Positions 51,721 to 62,312 of a stretch of 64,000 bases of DNA are shown in pieces (position 1 is the first letter of the stretch; the number at the start of each line of letters is the position of its first letter). This DNA is from Octopus sinensis (taxonomy: Eukaryota), in NCBI RefSeq assembly GCF_006345805.1, contig NC_043006.1:68324001-68388000 (forward strand), given 5' to 3'. A program made the translations under genes and the position numbers. Under the pieces are notes generated by a model, which did not search any database, was not told where the DNA came from, and saw only the letters and a list, made by a program, of their open reading frames with translations.

Positions 51721-52799
51721 ATTATTATTATTATTATTATGCAGAATAACATGGGAATTACTCAAATTGAGTTTATATATAAGTGAAGAAGAGAAGAGAA
51801 ACTAGCTGAGGTTAATGTAAATAGGGAAACATTGCAAAGCAATAAATGTTTTGCACACACACACATAAAATCTTGTTACTTATTAGGGATGTGTATAATG
51901 CAACAAAACGTTTGCAAAGGAATTGAACTCAAAATTTTTGGAGCTGGAAGTTCAGTATGTTATTTACCAAGTCACTTCACTCGTAATCCTTGAAAGTAGA
52001 TTAGGGGTGTATCCCAGTTGGGTAAGTGGATGAGAAATATATTCCTGATATTGGTGATGGTAATTGAGAGCAATTGCACTTGTCAGACGACTCCACCAAC
52101 AGCATCGTTACAACAACAGCATTAAAAATGTTGACAACAACAGAGTCAACTATTTGTCACGATAGCTTTGTGGCATTTATATCACCTTCAGTTTGGGAGG
52201 CATGAGAAATATTTAGACGGGTGCTAGCCAGCATATATGTATGTGTGTGTGTATGAGAGAGAGAGAGAGAGAGAGAGAATGTGAGTGTGTGTGTGTGTGT
52301 GGACAAAATTCATCAAAGACACCCACAGAAATAAGGATGTGGAGGCTGTTATGGCACCAAACCAGAAACCAGTGACATTATTTGAAACAAAAATCAGAAA
52401 TGTAACTCTTTTATATCTCATCAAAAGCTAACGCCTGGAAGGCAGGCTGGGGGTGGGGGCACTTGGCATTGTCCACCACCACCACCACCAATACCATCAC
52501 CTTTACTGACTTACTCTAGGAAATTCCCAGTGAGGAAGGGAAGAGGGGGAATAATGGGAGTCTCAGTTATACAAGGGAAGACCAGAAAGTCAGGGAATAA
52601 ACAACAATATCAATTTCAGTCCAGAAATATCATATTCAGAAACCTGAGAAATATTATCAACTGAACCACCTGAATGGCGGATGATGAACAGGTGAGTGAA
52701 ATATAGTCTTACCTGTTTATAGAGGTTAAACCTGTCATACTGAGATGGTGGATTTGTTAGACAGCAACAGTAGGAAGCCTTCGGACACATCTGTCATAA

Positions 52800-53070
52800 A
52801 AGACGTGGGTTCTGCAATCTCTTGCTGAACAACCATGCACATATGATTTATTTATAGTGAGTGAATGTGTTGTACATTCATTCACTTCCTCGATCGAATC
52901 AACATTGTCTGCACAGGTGCACAGTGTACCAAAGGTCGGATGTCAAAGTGATTGCAGAGCAATGTGAAATAAGTTTTGCTCATGAACAACACACTGCCCT
53001 GTCCTGGAATCAAAGCCATGATCTTGCATTTATGAGTACAATATTTTGATCACTAGGCTATGAGCTTTCA
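52800..53070 (-). mobile_element. Family E-related SINE, degenerate
   Basis: gagcaatgtgaaataagttttgctcatgaacaac...ggaatcaaagccatgatcttg...cactaggc. Confidence 0.6.
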
Positions 53071-53201
53071 CTACACATATGTGCATGCATGCATGTGTGT
53101 GTGTGTGTGTGCATGAATGTTGATATTTCATGGCTTCATGTGTCACTGCTTGAGCCAAATGGTGATACATTTACATTTCTTGTTGATATTATGACCAGTC
53201 T

Positions 53202-53415
53202 AAGGCAGTAAGCTGGCAGAATTCTTAGCACGCCAGACAAAATGCTTAGTGGTATTTCATCCCTATTTATGTTCTGAGTTCAAATTCTGCTGAGGTCATC
53301 TTTGCCTTTCCGTCTTTTGGGGGTCAATAAAATAGGTACCAGCTGAGCACTGAGGTTGATGTAATTGACCTACCCCATCACCTGAAACTATTAGTCTTAT
53401 GCTGAAATTTGAAAC
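53202..53415 (+). mobile_element. Family B SINE with a perfect 18-bp target-site duplication
   Basis: tgatattatgaccagtct at 53184-53201 and 53416-53433. Confidence 0.9.
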
Positions 53416-53759
53416 TGATATTATGACCAGTCTGAGAAACCTTAGAAACAAAATCTCTTATCTGAAAACAGGTATAGGTTGACAATGGGAATAGCATCTG
53501 GCTGTAAAATTCTGTCTCATATAAATCCTTCTCTAACTCTCTGCTAGCATCGTAAATTAGACAGTGAATAAATGAACCTCTTGTGAACATAAATACAGTA
53601 AATTTACACCCTAAAAGGGAAGTTGATAATGATAACTCAGGCACTGTCAGTGTTACAACATCGTATGATTGTAACAAACTGTGCCAAAACCAATGTCAAT
53701 AATTAATATTCTAAGATCATAAATAAAAAGGTATCTAATTAATGATTTCATAAGTGCAA

Positions 53760-54063
53760 AAATCTGAACCATCCGAACGTGGCCAATGCCAGCGCCGCTT
53801 TGACTGGCTTCCATGCCGGTGGCACGTAAAAGGCACCAACTGATTATGGCCGTTGCCAGCCTCCCCTGGCACCTGTGCCAGTGGTACGTAAAAAGTACCC
53901 ACTACACTCATGGAGTGGTTGGCGTTAGGAAGAGCATCCAACTGTAGAAACACTGCCAGATCAGACTGGATCCTGGTGCAGCCTCTTGGCTTCCCAGACC
54001 ATGGTCGAACCGTCCAACCCATGCTAGCATGGAAAACGGATGTTAAACGATAATGATGATGAA
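53760..54063 (+). mobile_element. Family A SINE with an internally duplicated gtgcc.gtgg.acgtaaaa.g.acc unit and an RTE-type tail
   Basis: CpG-rich; ends ccaacccatgctagcatggaaaacggatgttaaacgataatgatgat. Confidence 0.85.
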
Positions 54064-55641
54064 GAATGTTTTTATATGTAGGATGGAACTGTAATTAATT
54101 AATATCTTCCCACACCCCAGATGGAAGCAAAGTAATGTAAACTTCAGCAATATTTGAACATAGGATATTGAGTTATCAGGTATGAAAAGCAGCTCTCTAC
54201 ATTCTGAACTAGTTTCACAGTAAATGTTCTTCAGAAATGGTAACAAAAGAAACAGAAATTAGAGAAAAAAACCCAATTCAAATAAATAAATAATGGCTAA
54301 GAACCTTAGTGATCAGCTTCAAGTAAATAGAACCCCTATCTGAACATCCCTAGTAAACATATTCTCCCTCCCAGGTGCCACAGAATCAACTTCCTGCCTG
54401 CGGGGCACATGCCAAAGATGCTAATCTCAAATTTCACAAAAAAATACTTTTCCCACCCCCACCTTACCCAGGATCTGATCTCTTTTTCTTTAAAAATGGT
54501 AACGGATAAGTGTTTCTTTTGAGAGTATAATGACGAGTACAAGTATGAATGGGCCCCTACCCCCATGTCATAGCGTCACTCACACCTTTCGATAACAACA
54601 GTTAAAAAAGGGATCTTACATAATTAGGGACTGTTATGTAAATAGGGACCTAAATGTTTGCAGTGACTGTTAAATTACTTTAAGTCCTTTGTGGTGAGAT
54701 GAAGTTTCTGTGAACCAACTTTCAGCGCTTAGGGACATACACCCATGTACAGTATATAGGGATGTACACCCTTATACATGTGTGTGTGTATGAATGTTTG
54801 TGTGTTCAGTAAACATTAATGATGAATCTCTGGTAAGTACATACAAGCATTTAAGCTTTTGTTTACGTGCATATTCTCTCTCTCACACATCCCATTACCA
54901 TACATGCACACACACATGCACTCACCATTAACAATTACCACACCACCACATGCCATTAGCACACATACCATACCACACATACATACAGTGTAAATTAGAT
55001 GTAAACCCCTGATATCGTCTACCTTAAATGTAGACGGAATATTTTCTGCTCCAAATGAAAACTATTTGGTTGGCTCTTAAATGGTGACAACAGAGTATAG
55101 ATGGGTGAATGGGTGGGGGTCTGCCCTCTTGAAATATGAGTATATAGGAGTGAGTAAGGGGTCGGGTGGGTTATTCTACATAGTTTTAGGGAGTAGAATA
55201 CTTTACAATTTACAAATTATTCTCACCATAGAAATTGTTGCGGAAGAGAACTTCCAAGGAAATTCAGTCTATAAATTTAGATAAACTCATCTCTGATAAG
55301 AGACTCTTAATTGATATTTAATTGGAGTATAACCTTGTTAGATGTAGGGTTTATTAAGTGCTGAAAACTTCTTAGGAGAATGTTAAAAATATTGAGAGTC
55401 CAGCACTGTTTAGGTAAGGTAGTCGTTAATGGCATATATCTAGCTGGAAGATATAAAAAAAGTTTATTTGTCTATAATAAAAAAGAGGTTATTCAACTTG
55501 ATACATTTAGGGAGCAAAATACACCAAGCTTTTAGGGACCATTTTTACAAGAATGCACTGCTTTTGAAAGAAGATGGGTTTGATAGAGAAAGAATTTGTT
55601 TTAATAGCCATATTTAAACAATCTCTCTCTCTCTCTCCCAC

Positions 55642-55676
<35 letters not shown>

Positions 55677-55679
<3 letters not shown>

Positions 55680-56040
55680 CATGGCTATATGGTAAGAAGT
55701 TTGCTTCCCAACCACTGCATGCCAACTTTGCCACCTTGGGCAAGTGTCTTCCATTGTAGCCTCAGGCTGACCAAAGCCTTGTGAGTGGATTTGGTAGACA
55801 GAAACTGAAAGAAGCACATTATATATATATATACACACATTTGTGTGGTTGTGTCTGTGTTTCACCCTCAACATCGCTTGACAACCGATGTTGGTTTGTT
55901 TACATATCTGTAACATAGTGGTTTGTCAAAAGAGACTGATAAAATAAGTACCAGGCTTATTTCTTTGGTTGATTTCTTTGACTAAAAGATGATGCTCCAG
56001 CATGGCAACAGTCAAAATGACTGAAACAAGTAAAGGAGTA
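55677..56040 (+). mobile_element. Family G SINE following (TA)n
   Basis: ggcatggctatatggtaagaagtttgcttccc...gactgaaacaagtaaaggag. Confidence 0.85.
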
Positions 56041-56571
56041 TATAACAATTAATAAGAGGAATGACCACTTTTCTCTTATTAATTGTAATATAATTTTTAA
56101 ATCTTCGGATATTTTTGAATATGCTAGACTACTTGTTTAAATTGATGTTAATTGATTGATATTAATTTCTACACTCAGTATTTTAATTTAAATATATATA
56201 TCTATATATATTTTGCTTAGGCACTGCAATACTAATAACCTGGTGTAGAACTCAATATACATATACTTCTGAACAAAGTGTTAGTTGAGTACAGAACAGT
56301 AATAAGAATTATATATATATATATATAAACATATATATCACATATGTAAATATTTAAATAGTCTTGGATATACAGAAGGAAACCCATATCAAGTCTTATA
56401 TTATAATTTGTACGCACACACAAACACACACACATGCATGACTAACAGCATATGCTAAATACACACATATTTATTCAAATACTCCACTGAGTCACTAGCT
56501 TCAGATATGGTCAGAGTGGGACCATGGAATTCTGTCAGAATGTCAGACAGCTTTTATTATTCCATGCTTAC

Positions 56572-56631
56572 ACACATATCCTCCTTGTTCTGTTCTTCGT
56601 TAACTAGTGACCTCGTTACAGATGACGACAT
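56572..56631 (-). CDS. Candidate short first coding exon MSSSVTRSLVNEEQNKEDMC (phase 0)
   Basis: ATG-initiated 20 codons in unique, CpG-containing sequence, ending in TGT|GTAAGC. Confidence 0.25.
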
Positions 56632-57609
56632 CCTCAACAAGTGTGTGTAACACAACAAGATTGTGTTTCATTTATTTGTAGCCCTTTATCTAATAAATAC
56701 AGAGAACCGGCTGTAGTTTGGCGTTGTGGTTTTGTACAGTTCTGATTGCTAACCCTCACCTCAACAATTTTGCCAGATCATTTACAACAAAATATGTCTA
56801 GAGTTACATTATGACATGGCTTTGCCTTATCTCTGTCTTCACTGAAGATGGCAAAAGTTCTTATCAAAGTGCCTGTATTTACTTAAAACAACAACAATAA
56901 CTGTGTAGAGGAATCAAATTTAAACCAATTGACTGCTCTTTTGTAGCAGGTGAAGGAAGTGGAAGAAAAAACCAATTATTTTTCTACAAGGAATATTATT
57001 TGATTTTAATCTGCAGCTGTTCACAGATATAAAAATTGATATCTTTAAGAATAGGAATCAATGTACACACTATGTACAATACAAATACACCATGTACATA
57101 CTGTATAGCATGCACATTGTATATAGACACACACAAAGAAGCACATTACACACATTCACACACAGTACACCCTAACATGCAGACATCCACGTATTGTGCA
57201 GTTATGATTTAAGTAATTTTTCAACGAAAGGTTTTTAAGGTTCATAATATATCACTGGCATGTTGTGTTAGTGTAGGGAAGTGGGTTATGACACTATGAG
57301 GCAACTGTTGTGATACTGTGGGACAGTGTGTGGTGATAGAGAGAGATGGTGCATGAAACACTGAGAAGGGGTGCAGTGTCACACAGCAGGCAGTGCATTG
57401 TGAGACAGTGGGACAGTAAGTTGTAACATGATAGAGCAGCATATTGTAATGTGTTGTAGCACATTAGAGAGAAGGTCGTGACACTACAGAACATGTTTTG
57501 GAATTTCAGATTAGAGAAGAGTGGACAGTCAAAGGGCCCACAAAGTTAAACACTGCTTTAACAGAGAAACTGGCCTTAAAATATTTGTTGCAAGTGTGTG
57601 TGTGTGTGT

Positions 57610-57940
57610 ACTAGAGTACAAATAACCAGAGAGAAAAACTGGATACAAGAGAAACCAAATATATTGTACAAGAGAGAAGACTGACATGATACAAACATAT
57701 GATGCATATGGAAGATATGACATGGTAGGAGATTCTTGGATAAAGACCTGGTGGGAGGTGCAAGAGGAAGGAGTCCAAGGAAGAGGAAAACATGGGAAAA
57801 AATGATGAAAACTGATCTCAAAAGGTAGAACCTCATGAAGGAGTTGATAAAGAATCACAAGTGGAGAGTTAGTGGTGAAGACCTGTCCAACTCATGAAAC
57901 CATGAAAAAGCAGATGTGAAAAATGATGATGATGATGATA
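57610..57940 (+). mobile_element. RTE LINE 3' end (ORF2 C-terminus plus tail)
   Basis: REKLDTRETKYIVQERRLT*YKHMMHMED...RKTWEKMMKTDLK, followed by ctgtccaactcatgaaaccatgaaaaagcagatgtgaaaaatgatgatgat. Confidence 0.75.
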
Positions 57941-58599
57941 CACGCATCATTACCATCTTTATCATTGTTTTATGTCTGTTTTACATGCTGGCATGGATTG
58001 GACAGTATGACAGGATCAAACACTAGAGAATTATATCTTGTTTCATTGTCTTAGTTTTGGTTGGGTTTCTATGACTAGCTACTCTTCTCAACACCAACCA
58101 CTTTACAAAATGTACTGGGTGCATTTTCCTATGACATTAGCACTACAGAGGTAGACTTTCCCTCAGCAAGTCAGATGAATCCTCTCAAATCTTAAGCTGT
58201 CTCTGCTTGATTCACCCCACAAGGTGCCATGTTGGGGGACTGAACCCAAAACCATGTGGTTAGGAAGTGAACTTCTCAACCACACAGTCATGCTTGTGTC
58301 TATAACACTCACACACACACACATGAGGAGGTAATGATAGAGAATTTATGACTATGTGAACTAAAGTGATATGATCTGTGCTTAAGTCAAACTTTACTAT
58401 GTTACCAGAAGTTAGTGGTTAGCTATGGACACCTGAATTAATGACCTTAAAGATAGTAAGCAATGCTTCATCACACACACACACACACACAAACAGAGTT
58501 TAGCTGTGCTTGTTACTGAGTATGATATGGTACCTCATACAATGATTTTTCCAGTTGTTTTTGGAGCCTATGTTGTTGTGAGAAGACATAGACATCTTC

Positions 58600-58865
58600 T
58601 CAGCCCTTCCACCACTTGATCAAAAGGTGCAGCCCTCTCTCTACCCTTACAGTGGTTACATCATATCTAGGGTATTACAACCAAATAGAGGTAGGGGACT
58701 GCTGCACAAACATTCAGTTGGTACTCATTTTTAGCTGAGTAAACTGGAGCAACGTGAGATAAAGCATCTTGCTCAAGAACATAAAATGCCATCTAATCAA
58801 GGAATTGAACTATTAACCTTATGATCACAAGCCAAACCCCTAGACATTAGACCACACACCTTCAG
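58600..58865 (-). mobile_element. Family E SINE
   Basis: tactcatttttagctgagtaaactggagcaacgtgag...cttgctcaagaac...ggaattgaac. Confidence 0.7.
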
Positions 58866-59328
58866 ATGTGTCCACGTACATACACACACACAGAGCTTAA
58901 TCACAAATTAGGTGTAAGAGGGGTTGGGTACTGTGAACGCGCGCGCGTGTGTGTGTGTGTGTGTGTAGAGTGTAAAACAGTCAAAGGAAGGCAGGAAAAA
59001 ATATGGATAGAGGGGGTAAAGCTAGTGATTAAATAGGGGGTGGTAGTGAAGTCATATTTGGTGACATATCTACAAGTTATCTTCATTAGTGAATAATTAA
59101 TTATAAATAGAAATAGAGTTGTTTAATTAATGTGTCATTAGTCTAATTTATGTTGTTAATTACTGTTAGAACAGGTATGAATATCGCAACATCTTTTAAT
59201 GAATCATAACTGGTAATTAATCTAATTATACAGTAGGCCTTTACTTGACCATCAGTTTTGTATGCATATGCATAAATATATACACTAATCACTTTGTGTG
59301 TGTGTACACACACACACACACATATAAG

Positions 59329-59366
<38 letters not shown>

Positions 59367-59430
59367 TACATACACATATATATGTATATATATATATTTA
59401 TATACACATATCTATGTATATGTATACATA

Positions 59431-59980
59431 GCGAAGGTACATGGTTTAATGGTTAGGACATTCAGCTCACGATCATAAGGTTGTGAGTTCAATTCCTGGC
59501 GATGCATTATGTCCTTGATCAAGACATTTCATTTTCATATTGCTCCAGTCCACTCAGCTGGCAAAAAATGAGTTGTACCTGTATTTCAAAGGGCCAGCCT
59601 TGTCACTCTGTGTCACGCTGAATGCCTCTGAGAACTGCATTAACCCTTTTGTTACTGTATTTATTTTGAGATGCTCTGTGTTTCTTTCACTTATTTCAAA
59701 TATAACAAAGAATTTAGTAAAATAACTTAGTTATCATTAAGCTAGTGTTAGGAGTATAAATTGTGACTAAGGTTTGGCAGAAGATTTTTATTCAAACCTT
59801 ATGAAAATAAGACATATGTACTACAGAGCCAGAGCTGGTTTTGGCCGGGTTAGTAACAAAAGGGTTAAGGGTACATGTGTCTGTAGAATGCTCAACCACT
59901 CACATGTTAATTTCACAGGCTGGACTGTTCCATTGATTGTATCAGCTGGGACTCTCATGGTTGTAACCAATGGAGTGCTC
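59431..59980 (+). mobile_element. Family E tRNA-derived SINE split by a family C MITE
   Basis: A box tggtttaatgg and B box gagttcaattcc; the body is interrupted at ctgcaTTAAgggtac. Confidence 0.85.
59644..59864 (-). mobile_element. Family C MITE (inverted orientation) with a TTAA duplication
   Basis: TTAA|cccttttgttac...gtaacaaaaggg|TTAA, with a perfect 12-bp TIR. Confidence 0.92.
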
Positions 59981-60502
59981 CTTATATATATATAATGTTT
60001 GTCCGGTTTTAACAATGACCATCTAGTCATCCTGTGTGAAGGATGACTGATGACTTGTGTGTAGTGACTGTTTAAAATTGCAATGAGCTGTGTACTGTCA
60101 ACTTTACTCTCTCATATGTAACATTATTCAATCCAGCATATATATACATGTATATGTATGTATAGGTGTGTGTGCGTGTGTATCTATCTATCTATCTGTA
60201 TGTATATATATATATATATTTATATCTTTTTATCTGGCTGTAAAGCCATAGAAATAACTCAAGACCTGCTCAAGAGTTTCGTGTGTAGCAAAATGTGTGT
60301 GTGCATATACACAAACACACACACACATATATGTATGTGTATGTGTAAGAACCATTGACAGTTTGTCTTTTATTGCATTATCTAATCACACTCGGAACAT
60401 CCAATGATGAAGTTCCAAACAACAATCAGACTTACATAAGAGACAATTGATATAAATTTTAAATATAATTATTAAAAAAATAATTATATATATATATATA
60501 TA

Positions 60503-60798
60503 TGTGGAGGCGCAATGGCCCACTGGTTAGGGCAGCGGACTCGTGGTTGCAGGATCGTGGTTTCGAATCCCAGACCGGGCGTTGTGTGTGTTTATTGAGC
60601 GAAAACACCTAAAAGCTCCACGAGGCTCCGGCAGGGGGTGGTGATCCCTGCTGTACTCTTTCACCACTCTTTCTTCTGTTGGCCTGCTCGCTTAGCCAGC
60701 GGGGTGGCGTCATTTGAAGGTTAAAACAATGTGAAGCACATTGTGACCAGTGATGTGTAGCAACATCTGATGGTCTGGTCGGTCACGTGATCACGTGA
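60503..60798 (+). mobile_element. Young CpG-rich tRNA-derived SINE (family H) inserted in (TA)n
   Basis: A box tggcccactgg and B box gtttcgaatcc; ends tcacgtgatcacgtga; (TA)n on both sides. Confidence 0.8.
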
Positions 60799-61774
60799 TA
60801 TATATATATATAATGTGTGTGCAAGAAACCAGTAAGTCTGTGATAATATATAACAAAAATTCTTGGACACGGAAAGACACTGACAAACATGGACAGTCAA
60901 GAAAACTACACTTTTGAGAAGGAAACTCTGTTGTGGCCATTTTTGTAAATAAAATTGAAACACCTCTAGAGATCTACTATAGGAATGTTATCCAGGTACA
61001 CAATCTGCACAAAAAATAGCAGTTACAAAATAACTGTATAGTTAATGGAATTAAATATTATCTCTGATTAAATAATGATTGTATACAAGACTGTATTTTA
61101 GGGGTGGTTGCCCGGGTATATGGGTGTAGTATGATTATCTGTATGTGCGTGTTATAAGCTTGGGTGATGCTGACGTTAAGAGCTAATATCTAACAGTGCA
61201 ATAAAGAGTTATTTCCCTTCACCTATTCACAAATGGAAAATGTTTTGCGGTTTCAAGAGTGGGGAAAAAAAGCTGGCAGAAATAAAAACAGATTTCATAT
61301 TAAATCCCAGTTAGGCGCAAATAGAAGAATGGCGCGAGGATGGAGAATGGCTGGTCAATAGTTCTAAATTAAGTATAATTTTATACATCTGCATTGAAGA
61401 TCGTGAAGATAATTTCAGTGAATGATTAGGGAATTCAGTTGCTGAATTACGAACAAATGGAGAGAAATTCACGCCCAGGAAACAGCATCAGCCAGTTTCC
61501 TATTTTATTTAATTCTTTTAAGAACTGATCTTGATGAAAAAAATCAATTAATAAATGGTAATGTCGATGATGATGATAATTTGACACTGAATAAACATGT
61601 AATGTATAGAGTAGAGGACATGAGTAACACCTATCATCAGAAAATGATTATACGCTTTCTACAGACAGAGATTGGATATCATCCAAGAAATCAATAGAAT
61701 ATATTATAAACAAAGGGTAGGTTAAAGAGAGGACAAACTAGGACTCCTAAAGCAGTGAAGGAAGCAGATGAACA

Positions 61775-62258
61775 AGTATATCTACCAAACTCACAACATC
61801 TTGCTTCCCTGAGCATGGACACATTAAAGCTCCAATATCTGGCAACTGACTTGACAGACACCCTTAAGATTATCCACTACCTTTTCAACAACAATCTTGG
61901 GCACCTTTTTGAATCCCATATGTCTAACAGTCGTGGACATGCTTAGATAATCAAAGAGCAACACAGCATCCATGACTTTTGGAAACATTTTCTCCTGCTC
62001 AGAATTGCAGAAACATGAAATAAACTACCCACATCAGCTGTTAGCTGTCGAGACACTTCATCCTCCAAAACTTCCATGTTTCCTGAAATTCACCAACAGT
62101 ACATCTAATGCGCCCCCACCCACTTCTGTATTTTTTAAACAATTCATTGTTCACTTCCTGTGCATATTCTATGTACTGTTCATGCACTTTTGACTACTTT
62201 TCCTGATGAGCTGTAGTACACCTGAGCACTGCATACGATAAGTTTATTATTATTATTA
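61775..62258 (+). mobile_element. CR1-clade LINE 3' remnant with an (ATT)n tail
   Basis: HLASLSMDTLKLQYLATDLTDTLKII...SNSRGHA*...KHFLLLRIAET*NKLPTSAVS matches the CR1 C-terminal pattern RL..L...TL..R...DL...KI...TRGH...FF..R....WN.LP. Confidence 0.8.
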
Positions 62259-62306
62259 TAAACAGTTGAAGATATTGAGAATAACAACACTAACAAAAAA
62301 AGATAT

Positions 62307-62312
62307 ACTCAC
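62307..62312 (-). other. 5' splice donor GTGAGT of the large exon (phase 1)
   Basis: Plus-strand actcac at 62307-62312, about 20 nt before the in-frame stop. Confidence 0.75.

Noticed and set aside
52713-52790. 78-nt segment with AG/GTAAGA splice-like ends on the minus strand
   Set aside because: It has a stop codon in the phase required by the upstream exon, and the sequence resembles a SINE body (gtctaacaaatccac) next to a SINE remnant.
55013-55041. Small hairpin cgtctac/gtagacg, possibly a Helitron end or terminator
   Set aside because: There is no downstream CTRR end and no second copy; a 7-bp stem is expected by chance.
60506-60580. Possible tRNA gene
   Set aside because: It has A/B boxes but no proper acceptor stem and continues into a SINE body; it is a tRNA-derived head only.
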